From a virus, in the IMG/VR virus record IMGVR_UViG_3300017917_001573, positions 30,972 through 94,971 of that record: a stretch of 64,000 bases of DNA; one strand, written 5' to 3'. Below are positions 30,201-38,892 of this stretch, in pieces. Position 1 is the stretch's first letter. Each line of letters begins with the position of its first letter. The position numbers and the translations under genes were made by a program. The notes under the pieces were generated by a model, which saw nothing but the letters and a program-made list of their open reading frames with translations, made no database searches and was not told the DNA's origin.

Positions 30201-32112
30201 TTCTGAAAACCTAAACATGCAAGGTGCTAAAGAAAAAATCAAATCTATTGCAAAAGATATTCGTAACAAATTTCTATTAACAGAAAAGAAATCTGAAGTA
30301 GCTTCTCAACCATTGGCATTGTTGTATCTAGGTTCACCATATGCTCTAAATAATCTAAGTGATATTTATTCAGTGGATCCATTTTATGCACTTTCTGAAT
30401 TGGAAAATGCTAACTTGTATAAGAAACACATGGAAAAAGTGTTTCACGTAGGTAGAGCATTAACACTAGGTTTTTCTGAAAATACACATACAGATAGATA
30501 TGGATTGGCTACTAAAACATCAGAAGATATTTCAAGATGGTTAAAAGATTGGTTAGATGTAAATGTTTTAAAACTTCGATCTAAAACAGAATTGTCTAGT
30601 CCAATTAACTTTGCTAAAAATAAAAAAGAAGAAGATGGTTCTACTAAACAAAAACAATATGAAGTAAATGTATCAGGTCTTGTAAATACTACAACATCTC
30701 TTTCAGCAAATGCATTGATGACATTTCGTATATTTGGTGCAGTAGGTAACTTTACTACTTCTCAAATGCTAAACTTTAGAAAACGTATTAGCAACCAAGT
30801 TTTAAAATCATTGGGTACAGATGAATCATACTTAGATTATTCTTTTGGTAAAGGTCAAGGATATTTCAAGTCAAATTCTAAAACAGTAGCTTATCTCAAA
30901 GATTCTATAACAGGTAACTTAGAGAATAATACTATGCATCATTTAGCATTGCTTTGCAATATTCCAGTTGCATTTGATGTATCTGAGAAAATGGATAACC
31001 TTGTAAAAAGTAAAAAGTCATCTATTACAAGTATTTGGGACAAAGCAAAATATTCTATGTTGAATGCATCTGAAAATGCAAACACTGTACATATGTTTAG
31101 TGCATACTTACATAACATCAAAGTTAATGGTACACCTATCATAAACTATTATGATATGTTTGAACAAACAGAAGATGGTCAGTTAGCAGATACAGAACAC
31201 AATAGAACATTACTACAACAAAAGATTCAAGAATTTGGTAAAGAAAATGTAGATATTACATTGGTTCCAGGTACAGCAACAGGCAAAGTTGCAACATACT
31301 TTGGACCTATCAGGTTTAAACAAAAAATATCTTCTGGTGGTGCTACATCTTATATAGATGTTAGAGGTTTAACTACAGAAGAAATTGCAAAAGCTAAAGC
31401 TATTTATGACAGAGCGCATGGTGAATACCGTGATAAAATGGCTATGGAAGTAAATGGTCTTGCTACTATGTTTACTATGTTGCATAGATTCTTCCCTCGT
31501 ATTCTAAAAAACATTTTTGAACAACGTAAATCACTCGCTTCAATGGGTAGATATGAAACTGTATATGATGAACTTTTACAACAAGATGTAAAAGTATGGG
31601 TCAATGGTACAGTTGAAGGTTCTCTTAGAATGTTTGTAAGTTTATTGATGATGTTTGGTACAAATGGTGGAATTAATGGTGTTAAGAAATATTGGAATAC
31701 ACTAGACATTGAACAAAAGAAACATTTAATGGGAGCATTGGTTGGTGTTGCTCAATGGATTGCTGCATATGGAATTTATGTTTTAGCATTCTCTGATGAT
31801 GATGATGATAACTATATTAAAAAATGGTTTAAGCGTTATACAGTAGATAACCCACTTCAAGATATTAACCCTAACTCTTTGTTAGAATCAGCTAAATCAG
31901 TAACTGTTCCAGTACCAGTAGATATTCTACATAGATTTACATCTGGTTCTACAGAAATTATGTTTGCTACAGGAAACTATTTAATTGGTAATGATGAAGA
32001 AGCTTTTACTCAACGTGGTGATTTAAGAGGTTGGAACAACTTTAAGAAAACACTTCCTAATGCATCTTGGGCATTTGACTTAGTAGATAAATTAGAAACT
32101 ATTGGTGAATAA
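27262..32112 (+). CDS. Large virion cargo protein with zincin metallopeptidase, PD-(D/E)xK nuclease-like domain and C-terminal hydrophobic helix
   Basis: VFLHELMHA...NLDEFIAE; GTLDFVIDKPDGSVSFIEMKTG...QLMWY; LMGALVGVAQWIAAYGIYVLAF followed by SDDDDD. Confidence 0.75.
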   Translation: MCGTDEAKENLILQVQKIIPNFKHLNPAFKQEQDLIIVDQRNQSELYAAIEASNTTLFQLTNIENIIGEPRFHKPGKVELPLNLTPKNIRNRYIQLEQQRDPQLSDELQEAYDLAKKEFAEKESFDYIVDGDVKPIYDNMESKTVQSSIKVFRHLSIKEGSTLEPLPFTDRLASIFGDRKKMSVKEIINEMIQNTKVNDAHGYHNIMYNFISNHIGDFDVYIKPLKKTVRGQYVYSMSGERIELNIDGVNERVFLHELMHAATARILRVYESNPEQLTADQKNAISELQTIFSELLEQKPSLGKQYGFTNLDEFIAEFFSNDSFRESVGNMKLSKSYKIRYKLAELIGRLLGFLNFEPYTKKVGVVVIDRVLMLAQGNSAYNTDVEVELQSISQNEEWDIPLDQNGKQEDFYENSNTKERRKRITSANNGLLNLMANKTNTEDYLVSINYTEDEIKNNVEKVTTRFPNKKLTPTAFREELKKFSKIDQLQGSIRELLIQFDITKQQELKDKADRLIEELQQLDPEKVVDMSFLNRGSEFNVLDELYKKIGYTGQRTDVPAEKRNNMNFGVKVTSKTLGYMGTLDFVIDKPDGSVSFIEMKTGNSFLKEKSFVSLYLHGIAEGVPISNLNNAQLQLMWYMFLYKLQNPSKTISSGKILYANSGKTIESSDAVFELENDVFIKLIHNFLLDTKFLTDNGFPQDLYEKLEQEYIANGGKSFDELFMPQTYYNDSPEIDLNTSTLSADDIIEQSEKDILYNSKGLPLSKGSETIYKEQKETLANKALVVLRRYSSEALDYSSANSPFRLLYQMNDWNQSTLQAFSLYTEKNRQLYSKELTERLTTVENFRKKIFGSNMKGFVWNSKKTYGHLFTEHVVLDSEGNELRKEKRLLHANETDPENKARWNSLSPQEKEFLDYYHRRMKYYYHPETGLFAQKNINDITMSKQNISDIDVINKTVRSTDPFVYYEGWYPKVVLKDTNEISENLNMQGAKEKIKSIAKDIRNKFLLTEKKSEVASQPLALLYLGSPYALNNLSDIYSVDPFYALSELENANLYKKHMEKVFHVGRALTLGFSENTHTDRYGLATKTSEDISRWLKDWLDVNVLKLRSKTELSSPINFAKNKKEEDGSTKQKQYEVNVSGLVNTTTSLSANALMTFRIFGAVGNFTTSQMLNFRKRISNQVLKSLGTDESYLDYSFGKGQGYFKSNSKTVAYLKDSITGNLENNTMHHLALLCNIPVAFDVSEKMDNLVKSKKSSITSIWDKAKYSMLNASENANTVHMFSAYLHNIKVNGTPIINYYDMFEQTEDGQLADTEHNRTLLQQKIQEFGKENVDITLVPGTATGKVATYFGPIRFKQKISSGGATSYIDVRGLTTEEIAKAKAIYDRAHGEYRDKMAMEVNGLATMFTMLHRFFPRILKNIFEQRKSLASMGRYETVYDELLQQDVKVWVNGTVEGSLRMFVSLLMMFGTNGGINGVKKYWNTLDIEQKKHLMGALVGVAQWIAAYGIYVLAFSDDDDDNYIKKWFKRYTVDNPLQDINPNSLLESAKSVTVPVPVDILHRFTSGSTEIMFATGNYLIGNDEEAFTQRGDLRGWNNFKKTLPNASWAFDLVDKLETIGE

Positions 32113-32127
32113 TTTAAAAGTCTGTTG

Positions 32128-32135
32128 TATATTTG
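32128..32135 (+). promoter_or_regulatory. Bacteroidota -7 promoter box
   Basis: TATATTTG in the intergenic gap, 36 bp before ATG 32172, followed by an A-rich leader. Confidence 0.55.
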
Positions 32136-32171
32136 TATCACTTAAACAAGTAAACATTTAAACTTAAAATA

Positions 32172-32510
32172 ATGGAAGAAAAAGATCAACCAGAAGTACA
32201 AATGGAAGAATCTACAATGGTAGAAGAAAATCCAACTGCTAATACACCAGAAACAGAAGAAGATCCAATTATTGGTTATAATATTGATGATGCAGCTAGT
32301 GTTACACTTTCTGGTAAACAATTTAAATTGTTTAATGCAGCACTTATGATGAGTCAAACATTGATGCAACAATATGTTCAACAACGTTTGATTAACGAAA
32401 TGCCAGCTCAACAAGAAATGGATGAAGTTGTAAAGAATCTGAAAAAGATTGGTAAACTAAAACCCATTCGACAATCAGATACAATTAAAAAATCTGAACC
32501 AGTTAATTAA
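32172..32510 (+). CDS. Hypothetical protein with acidic N-terminus
   Basis: 112 aa, A-rich leader, own promoter box and downstream terminator. Confidence 0.75.
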   Translation: MEEKDQPEVQMEESTMVEENPTANTPETEEDPIIGYNIDDAASVTLSGKQFKLFNAALMMSQTLMQQYVQQRLINEMPAQQEMDEVVKNLKKIGKLKPIRQSDTIKKSEPVN

Positions 32511-32512
32511 TA

Positions 32513-32540
32513 AAAAAGGGAGTTATTAAACTCCCTTTTT
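32513..32540. terminator. Bidirectional intrinsic terminator between the convergent genome halves
   Basis: aaaaagggagtt-atta-aactcccttttt, with A-tract before and T-tract after. Confidence 0.85.
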
Positions 32541-32870
32541 CTTTTTATGAATACTTTGTAATTTGTCCTTCTTATATTGTTGTATCTCTACTTTATTTAA
32601 TCCGTTGTTAGTATATAAGATTTCTAGTCTTGCTTGAATATCTGCGATCTCTTTATGTATTTCTTGTATACTAGAAGAAGGATGATTATTCACATACTGA
32701 ATAATTGCTAAAGCTGTTTCTGAACATTCTTCGGCAAGTTTCAATAAATCAAATGTACAATCCACTTTTAGTATGTGATTTTCTTTGTCTATCTTAATTT
32801 CATCCCAACCTTGTAATTGTCTAAATTTATGATTAGGGTTCATTTCTTCACTTTCTTGAGTTATGTTCAT
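32526..32870 (-). CDS. MazG-like NTP pyrophosphohydrolase
   Basis: KLAEECSE...KEIADIQ (ExxE...ExxD). Confidence 0.6.
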   Translation of the reverse strand: MNITQESEEMNPNHKFRQLQGWDEIKIDKENHILKVDCTFDLLKLAEECSETALAIIQYVNNHPSSSIQEIHKEIADIQARLEILYTNNGLNKVEIQQYKKDKLQSIHKKKKGV

Positions 32871-33057
32871 CTTGAATATATTTCTGTTTCATTTTTTCTA
32901 AATACAAGATTGCATCCATATGTTCTTCTTGTGCATGGTTAATCCATTCTACCATACTCAAATCATCTCTATCTAATGTTACACTATATTTAGCAATACC
33001 TATTTCAGAACGTTGTTTAAACTTATTTATTACTGATTCTACAATTGAGTCTTTCAT
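32848..33057 (-). CDS. Small conserved phage protein, possible all-alpha NTP-PPase family
   Basis: RSEIGIAKY..TLDRDDL...W..HAQEEHMDAILY pattern. Confidence 0.5.
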   Translation of the reverse strand: MKDSIVESVINKFKQRSEIGIAKYSVTLDRDDLSMVEWINHAQEEHMDAILYLEKMKQKYIQDEHNSRK

Positions 33058-33084
33058 TTCTTTTTTTGTTTATATATTAAATTA

Positions 33085-33108
33085 AATAGGGGTATTTCTA
33101 CCCCTATT
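33085..33108 (-). terminator. Intrinsic terminator after nrdA
   Basis: Minus strand aataggggta-GAAA-tacccctatt followed by a T-rich tail. Confidence 0.7.
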
Positions 33109-33111
33109 GTT

Positions 33112-34827
33112 TTACTCACAATAAATACAATCACTAAACGTTGTACTTGACATACTACGAGATGCAATTGATTCTGTACGCACATAGTATAGAGATTTCA
33201 AACCTTCTTCCCATGCTGTAAGATGAACTTTGTTAACCCATTTAGGATCTACATCTGCTGGGAAAAATAGATTTGTACTAATACCTTGATCAATAAACTT
33301 TTGAATTAGAGCAATTTGTTTAACTAATTCCAATTGATTAATTTCATATGCTGTTAAGAATACTTCTTTTTCTTCATCAGTTAAGAAATGTAGATGTTGT
33401 ACAGAACCTTTATTATCAATACTTACACTATTGTATGTTTCCATGTTGTTGTATTCTGGATACTTTGTTTCCAACAAGTGTTTGAATTGTGGATTCATAC
33501 GAATAAATGTACCTTTTGCAGTTTTGTGTACATAAATATTGGCAATGATAGGTTCAATACCTTGTGACACACCACCTGCAATAATAGATGATGTAGTATT
33601 AGGAGCAATTGCAAAGTGTGTCAAATTTCTATTTGTATCACACCATTCTGGTGAACCTAATAATTTAGCATACGTTTCTGTATACAAATCTTTACCTGCT
33701 TCAAAAGCTTTTCCTAGTTTATGAATTAAACCTCTTGTAAAGAACGATACATATGGTTGATTATTTTGTTGTATATAAGATGCAAATCCTAATACACCCA
33801 AACCTAGACTTCTAGACTTTTCTGCAAATCTTACAGCATTTTGAAAACCTGGTTTATGTCTAGCCAATTCAACAAAATCCGTAATTACACAATCCAAAAA
33901 CAATAAACAATCTGGAATAAACGATTCCACATTTAACCATTTATCAAAGTGTACCATGTTCACACTACTCAAGCAACATACTACAGTATGTTTTGCATCT
34001 GATGGTAACATAATTTCTGAACACAAATTTGTACCATCAATTTTAAGTTTACGAGAAATCATGTCTTGAGGTCTTTGATTGTGAGCATTGTGGTAATACA
34101 TAATGTATGGTTCACCAGTTTTCATTCTAAGAGAAATAATCTCTGCCCACAAATCTCTTGATTTTTGATCACCATTTTTCAATGATTCCATAAAGAAATC
34201 ATCAATAGTTACACAATGATGTACATTTAAACATTGTCTATTTACATCACCTTTTGGTTGACGCATTCTAAGAAATTCTTCAATATCACCATGTCTAACT
34301 GGCAAATTGATTACTTGTGAACCACGTCTTGTTGAACCTTGTGATGCTGCAATAATAGCTGAGTCATTTACTTTAATAAAAGGAATTACACCTTCTGAAA
34401 AACCACCTACTGAAATAGGTGTACCTTTTGCTCTAACTTTATCATATACTGTACCTAAACCACCACCTGCTTTTGTAAGCATTGCTAATTCATGTACTTT
34501 ATCATAAATACTATCCAAAGTATCATCTGGACGCTGAATAAAACAGCTAATTCCTAAACCTCTTGTTGTTCCAATGTTTGATGCGACAGGTGTAGACATT
34601 GCTAACCAACCATTCCACAAATAATCTAACCATCTCAATCTAATATCTGAGATTTGTGATTCACTAAATTTTGTAGTATCCAACCTTGATGCTAATTGAT
34701 TAGTAACCCTCTTGTACATATCAAGAGGTGTTTCATTTTCAAGTAGATGTTGTTTACTTAATGTTTTTAAACCTTCTTCTGTCATCCATTCAGGGTAATC
34801 AATTCCCTGTTTCCAATTATTAATCAT
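33112..34827 (-). CDS. nrdA: Ribonucleotide reductase class I alpha subunit (short, no ATP cone)
   Basis: GISCF, TNLCSEI, VCCLSS, APNTTSS, SLYYVR, C-terminal CxxC. Confidence 0.95.
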   Translation of the reverse strand: MINNWKQGIDYPEWMTEEGLKTLSKQHLLENETPLDMYKRVTNQLASRLDTTKFSESQISDIRLRWLDYLWNGWLAMSTPVASNIGTTRGLGISCFIQRPDDTLDSIYDKVHELAMLTKAGGGLGTVYDKVRAKGTPISVGGFSEGVIPFIKVNDSAIIAASQGSTRRGSQVINLPVRHGDIEEFLRMRQPKGDVNRQCLNVHHCVTIDDFFMESLKNGDQKSRDLWAEIISLRMKTGEPYIMYYHNAHNQRPQDMISRKLKIDGTNLCSEIMLPSDAKHTVVCCLSSVNMVHFDKWLNVESFIPDCLLFLDCVITDFVELARHKPGFQNAVRFAEKSRSLGLGVLGFASYIQQNNQPYVSFFTRGLIHKLGKAFEAGKDLYTETYAKLLGSPEWCDTNRNLTHFAIAPNTTSSIIAGGVSQGIEPIIANIYVHKTAKGTFIRMNPQFKHLLETKYPEYNNMETYNSVSIDNKGSVQHLHFLTDEEKEVFLTAYEINQLELVKQIALIQKFIDQGISTNLFFPADVDPKWVNKVHLTAWEEGLKSLYYVRTESIASRSMSSTTFSDCIYCE

Positions 34828-35774
34828 TAAAACAAATCGTTTGAACTATAGTTTACTTCTGTATACTCAGAGACTCTTACAGCAAAGAAATCTCCAAACT
34901 CTTTACCTGCTGCTAACATATCAAACCATGACATTTTTAGCAATTCTTCTTGGTCTACTTTAAAATATTCTGAATTATATCCAAGTTGTCCAAGTTTTGT
35001 GTTTAATCTATGTGCTACATAATTCTTTAGCATACTAGATGTGATTGTTCTAATTGTACCATCTTTAAATAGGTTATCAATAAACTCACATTCTAGTTTA
35101 TATACGGTGTCTGCTGCATCAAATATATCATCTAATACTCTTTCTCTTAATCCATCATTTTCTGTACATAATGTATTAAACAACCAACAACCACCCATAC
35201 TATGTAAATTCTCATCACGTACAGAGAAACTTACAATTTGACTAACACCTTTCATTAGGTTGAGTGTTTGAAAACTTAGTAGTACAGCAAATGAAGAAAA
35301 TAACATTGTGCCTTCTGCAAATGCAGAAAAGATTGCCAATGATTTAGCCTTAGATTCTAAGTCTGGTGCTTTAGTATCAATGAAATAGTCTATTTTATTT
35401 TTTGTAGTTTCATCATACAAAAAAGCTTTGAAATCATCCAACCCTAATTCTTCATTAATCATAGAATATGAATCCATATGAATGTTTTCAAAATAACTAA
35501 ATGTCCCAGACATCATTGCTATTTCTGGTTTAGGAAACCATTCTGCAACCCTTCTCCAGTAGTCACCTACCAATACTTCCATTTGTGTGAACCCTTTTAG
35601 GATTCCACCAATTACATTTTTTTCAGTTTGAGTTAGATCGTTTTTCCAATTTTGGAGATCCTCAGCTAGTTTAATTTCACTTTTTACCCAATGTACAGAC
35701 TGTTGTGTTTCGTAAAACTTGTATGCCTGTGGATACTCGAAGGGTCTGTAATATACCCGTTGTTCTTGTAACAT
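34827..35774 (-). CDS. nrdB: Ribonucleotide reductase beta subunit
   Basis: YRPFEYP, ENIHMDSY, AEG..LFSSF, RDENLH. Confidence 0.95.
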   Translation of the reverse strand: MLQEQRVYYRPFEYPQAYKFYETQQSVHWVKSEIKLAEDLQNWKNDLTQTEKNVIGGILKGFTQMEVLVGDYWRRVAEWFPKPEIAMMSGTFSYFENIHMDSYSMINEELGLDDFKAFLYDETTKNKIDYFIDTKAPDLESKAKSLAIFSAFAEGTMLFSSFAVLLSFQTLNLMKGVSQIVSFSVRDENLHSMGGCWLFNTLCTENDGLRERVLDDIFDAADTVYKLECEFIDNLFKDGTIRTITSSMLKNYVAHRLNTKLGQLGYNSEYFKVDQEELLKMSWFDMLAAGKEFGDFFAVRVSEYTEVNYSSNDLF

Positions 35775-35851
35775 AAAATTTATTTTGTTTTAAAATTATT
35801 TCGTAATTAAGTTGTGCGTTGTAATTCCCATAATACAAAACCCCATCAGGT

Positions 35852-36265
35852 TTAGAAAAATGGGTTACAAATATAATTCTCAAAATTAGAAGTTAAGTTT
35901 TGTTCTAGAATAGCTCTTTCTTCATTAAGGTTTCTAATGAGAGCTTCATCCTGAGAGAACTTTTCTTTATATCTAGCATTTAATTTATTGATATTAATTG
36001 CAAGAACTTCTGCCTGATCAATGTTTAGTACACGATAAAATTTACCAAGATACCAATTAATATCTCCCAATTCTTCTTTAATATTTACTAGGTCAATAGG
36101 TTTTCCATATGCAACATATTTTTTAAATACATCCATAAGTTCACCTACTTCTGTTACCAATCCCATCAAAGGATGCAATTGATTAAGTAATTCTGTATCT
36201 AGATTTGCATCTGTTCTAGATGCTAGTAGTTGATAGTCTTTCCAATTTTCAATTTTATTGATCAT
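35852..36265 (-). CDS. MazG-like NTP pyrophosphohydrolase
   Basis: GLVTEVGELMD..KK...EELGDINWY...NINKLNARY. Confidence 0.85.
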   Translation of the reverse strand: MINKIENWKDYQLLASRTDANLDTELLNQLHPLMGLVTEVGELMDVFKKYVAYGKPIDLVNIKEELGDINWYLGKFYRVLNIDQAEVLAININKLNARYKEKFSQDEALIRNLNEERAILEQNLTSNFENYICNPFF

Positions 36266-36287
36266 TTTATTTTTGGTTTATTTTTTT

Positions 36288-36467
36288 TTAATTTACATAT
36301 CTACCTTTTAATTCCATATACTCCAAATACATACTTTCATATGTTTCCATACTTACATTTTCTGTATTCATTATATAGTACAAGTCCAACATTTTTTGAA
36401 TTTCTTGTTGTTCAAATTCTTGTTCTAAAAACAAATCTATGTCTGTTGGTTCTTGAAATAAACTCAT
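36288..36467 (-). CDS. Small acidic protein (59 aa), missing from the ORF track
   Basis: Manual translation MSLFQEPTDIDLFLEQEFEQQEIQKMLDLYYIMNTENVSMETYESMYLEYMELKGRYVN*; abuts the upstream stop at 36468 and fills the gap. Confidence 0.7.
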   Translation of the reverse strand: MSLFQEPTDIDLFLEQEFEQQEIQKMLDLYYIMNTENVSMETYESMYLEYMELKGRYVN

Positions 36468-36770
36468 TTAGGATAGTTTGAAAATATAACTTACTTTTTC
36501 ATTCTCGTAGTATACATCTTTTGCAGATGTTATACTAGAAACTTCTTTGTTACCTACTGGATAACCGATACTAATGTATGGTCCACCTTCTGGATCAACA
36601 GCACTAATAGTAACATTGTCATCATCAAATAATGAACCTTGTGTTATAACTCTTGAATAAATAGATTTCTTATCAAGAATTAAATATGCTGTATCTGATC
36701 CATATACTAATTTATTTTTGTATTCATACCTGTTAGGTAATTCCAATACTTTTGTTGGTTTATTTTTCAT
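36468..36770 (-). CDS. Hypothetical protein
   Basis: Track ORF 36468-36809; likely start at MKNKPTK (36770), overlapping the upstream stop; VDPEGGPYISIG motif. Confidence 0.6.
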   Translation of the reverse strand: MKNKPTKVLELPNRYEYKNKLVYGSDTAYLILDKKSIYSRVITQGSLFDDDNVTISAVDPEGGPYISIGYPVGNKEVSSITSAKDVYYENEKVSYIFKLS

Positions 36771-36963
36771 AGTATTTGTTGTATTCATCTTCAATGTAAC
36801 ATTCTTCAACAGTAGTTAAACCCCATCTTTCTGTTACACGTTTACCAAATTCTAACATTTCTTTTTTATGTAACTCTTTTGCTTTTTCAATAATGTCAGA
36901 AGGAATACCTCTACAAGGAGCCTCCAACTGTCTTATCAACCATTCTATAGATTTATGTTTCAT
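36760..36963 (-). CDS. Hypothetical phage protein
   Basis: 67 aa, ATGA-coupled, SIEWL...AKELHK pattern. Confidence 0.6.
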   Translation of the reverse strand: MKHKSIEWLIRQLEAPCRGIPSDIIEKAKELHKKEMLEFGKRVTERWGLTTVEECYIEDEYNKYYEK

Positions 36964-37391
36964 AGTGCTTTCAATCTATCTAATACATCTTGTGCAGTAT
37001 GTCCATCATATTCAAACAATGCTGTTTCTACTTCTGGAATTTTAAATAAATCCCAATCTTCTGCTTTGTAATGATTTGTAATTTGACCAGTTGGTAACAT
37101 TGCACATACTATAAACCATCCACCACCAAAACAAAGTTCTCCATCATGATGTTTCCATGATTTATGTACGTTGTATTTTTTTCTCACAGGCGGTTGTTCT
37201 TCTGGAAATTTGGATAAATCTATGAATTGCAATACATCAAGTTGTTTTCCCCACTCATTAAAAAGTGCAGCATTATACATTTTTCTGAATTCATATAGTT
37301 CATTGAAACTATGATAACCATCGTGTATTTTTTCTATTTCTCTAGATGGTAAATTTAAAATTGCATTTTGTAAGTCTTGAATATTATTCAT
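36960..37391 (-). CDS. Conserved phage protein (WDGH-like family)
   Basis: DGYHSFNELY..HKSWKHHDG..GWFIV..LPTGQITNHY..WDLF..YDGHT. Confidence 0.65.
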   Translation of the reverse strand: MNNIQDLQNAILNLPSREIEKIHDGYHSFNELYEFRKMYNAALFNEWGKQLDVLQFIDLSKFPEEQPPVRKKYNVHKSWKHHDGELCFGGGWFIVCAMLPTGQITNHYKAEDWDLFKIPEVETALFEYDGHTAQDVLDRLKAL

Positions 37392-37590
37392 GTATTAAAT
37401 ATTCTAATAATTTGTTGTTTACTGAATCACCTATTGTTTCATATTTTTTAGATATTCCTAAATCAATGTCTAATCTTGATATGTTGTATTTAGATATGGT
37501 TTGTTCAATCCAATACTCTTTTGTATTAAATTCAACAAACCCATCTAAACTACATAAATATTTTACTTGTATTTGATTTGTGGGATCCAT
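37384..37590 (-). CDS. Hypothetical protein
   Basis: 68 aa, tiles between ung and the next gene. Confidence 0.55.
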   Translation of the reverse strand: MDPTNQIQVKYLCSLDGFVEFNTKEYWIEQTISKYNISRLDIDLGISKKYETIGDSVNNKLLEYLIHE

Positions 37591-38273
37591 TCAATAGGTG
37601 TTTGATTTGTTTGTATAAGATATTCATTTGTTTTAGAATATAATTTAGATCCATAAAATCCAGCTTTACCACCAGAGTATGCTTCGGCAGCAGGATGTGG
37701 TAATTCTAAAATTAAATGCTCTTCTGGATTAGGAATATCATTAATTATTTTTTGAGCATCTTTACCCAATAAAATAAACACAATATTCTTTTTCTTCAAA
37801 CACAAATTATGGATAACAGTTGATGTAAACTTTTCCCAATTTATATCAGAGTCTTTGTAGTATCCGGCTTGTGCTTGTCTAACCATCAATACTCTATTCA
37901 ATAAGAATACACCTTGTTCTGCCCAATCTGTTAAATTAGATATTGATCTAGGTTCTCCTAAATCATTTTCTAATTCTTTGAACAGTACTCTAAGTGATGC
38001 TGGAATAGTTTTCAAACATGAAAATGCTAAACCATGAGCATGACCTTTTGTAGGATATGGGTCTTGCCCCAGTAACACTACTTTAATATCACTTACAGGA
38101 ACAGATTTGAATGCATTAAATAAATCTTGTGGTTCTGGTAATACATCTGATTGTGCTTTATACTCAAAAGATACTTTGTTCATTAACTCAGGAAATTCAT
38201 TTTCCCAATACTCAGGCATTACATCATACCAACCACTACTAAAATTTTCTTTAACTAACTGTGGATAATTCAT
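37563..38273 (-). CDS. ung: Uracil-DNA glycosylase, family 1
   Basis: VVLLGQDPYP, AHGLAFS, WAEQGVFLLN, PHPAA. Confidence 0.95.
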   Translation of the reverse strand: MNYPQLVKENFSSGWYDVMPEYWENEFPELMNKVSFEYKAQSDVLPEPQDLFNAFKSVPVSDIKVVLLGQDPYPTKGHAHGLAFSCLKTIPASLRVLFKELENDLGEPRSISNLTDWAEQGVFLLNRVLMVRQAQAGYYKDSDINWEKFTSTVIHNLCLKKKNIVFILLGKDAQKIINDIPNPEEHLILELPHPAAEAYSGGKAGFYGSKLYSKTNEYLIQTNQTPIEWIPQIKYK

Positions 38274-38847
38274 TGCTCATCATTTCGTCCAACGTTTTAA
38301 AATTGTAAGGTTTAGGTTTTTCCATTAATTCTGTAGATGTGATTTTCATATCAAAGTGTTCTTCTAAGAATTGCAAATACCTATTACCATTTGGTATACG
38401 TGTACCCAATGTAACAAGACCTTTTTTATTAAGTTCTTGTTCATCAAAAGAATGTATCATTGCCCATATAATAGGGTGACTAGTATGTGTATTACCTCTA
38501 CAAATATGTAGTCCATTATTGTACATCTTGGTAATAAGTTTATTTGATATTGCTGTATACTTACCTTGATAGAAATTATGAAAATCTTCTATATAACAAG
38601 AAGGTATATTGAATAGATATAGTATTCCATGTTCCAATGTATAATCTGCTTTAAAGTCTTTCAATTCGAGTAAATATTCTTTCTCGGTATTGTACAATAA
38701 AGCAATTGTTTCTTCATCTACAAAAGATGCACTAATTAAATTAGAAGATAAATAACTATGATTGCATTCAATCATACCTGCAATAAAAAAGAGACACATT
38801 GGTTCAGAATGGGTCTCTTTGTAAAAAAATTGATTGTATTGATTCAT
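38251..38847 (-). CDS. Hypothetical protein
   Basis: 198-aa ORF in operon context, no recognised catalytic motif. Confidence 0.65.
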   Translation of the reverse strand: MNQYNQFFYKETHSEPMCLFFIAGMIECNHSYLSSNLISASFVDEETIALLYNTEKEYLLELKDFKADYTLEHGILYLFNIPSCYIEDFHNFYQGKYTAISNKLITKMYNNGLHICRGNTHTSHPIIWAMIHSFDEQELNKKGLVTLGTRIPNGNRYLQFLEEHFDMKITSTELMEKPKPYNFKTLDEMMSNELSTVS

Positions 38848-38892
38848 TTTTAATAAGTTTAGTTTATCTCTAAACTAAATCTTTTAATTGAA

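Noticed and set aside
271-32414. Many short minus-strand and out-of-frame ORFs within the large + strand genes (and + strand ORFs within the - strand module)
   Set aside because: Shadow ORFs fully overlapping well-supported genes, with no motifs
35677-35883. 68-aa minus-strand ORF between the MazG-like gene and nrdB
   Set aside because: Overlaps nrdB by about 100 bp and the MazG-like gene by about 30 bp; no motif
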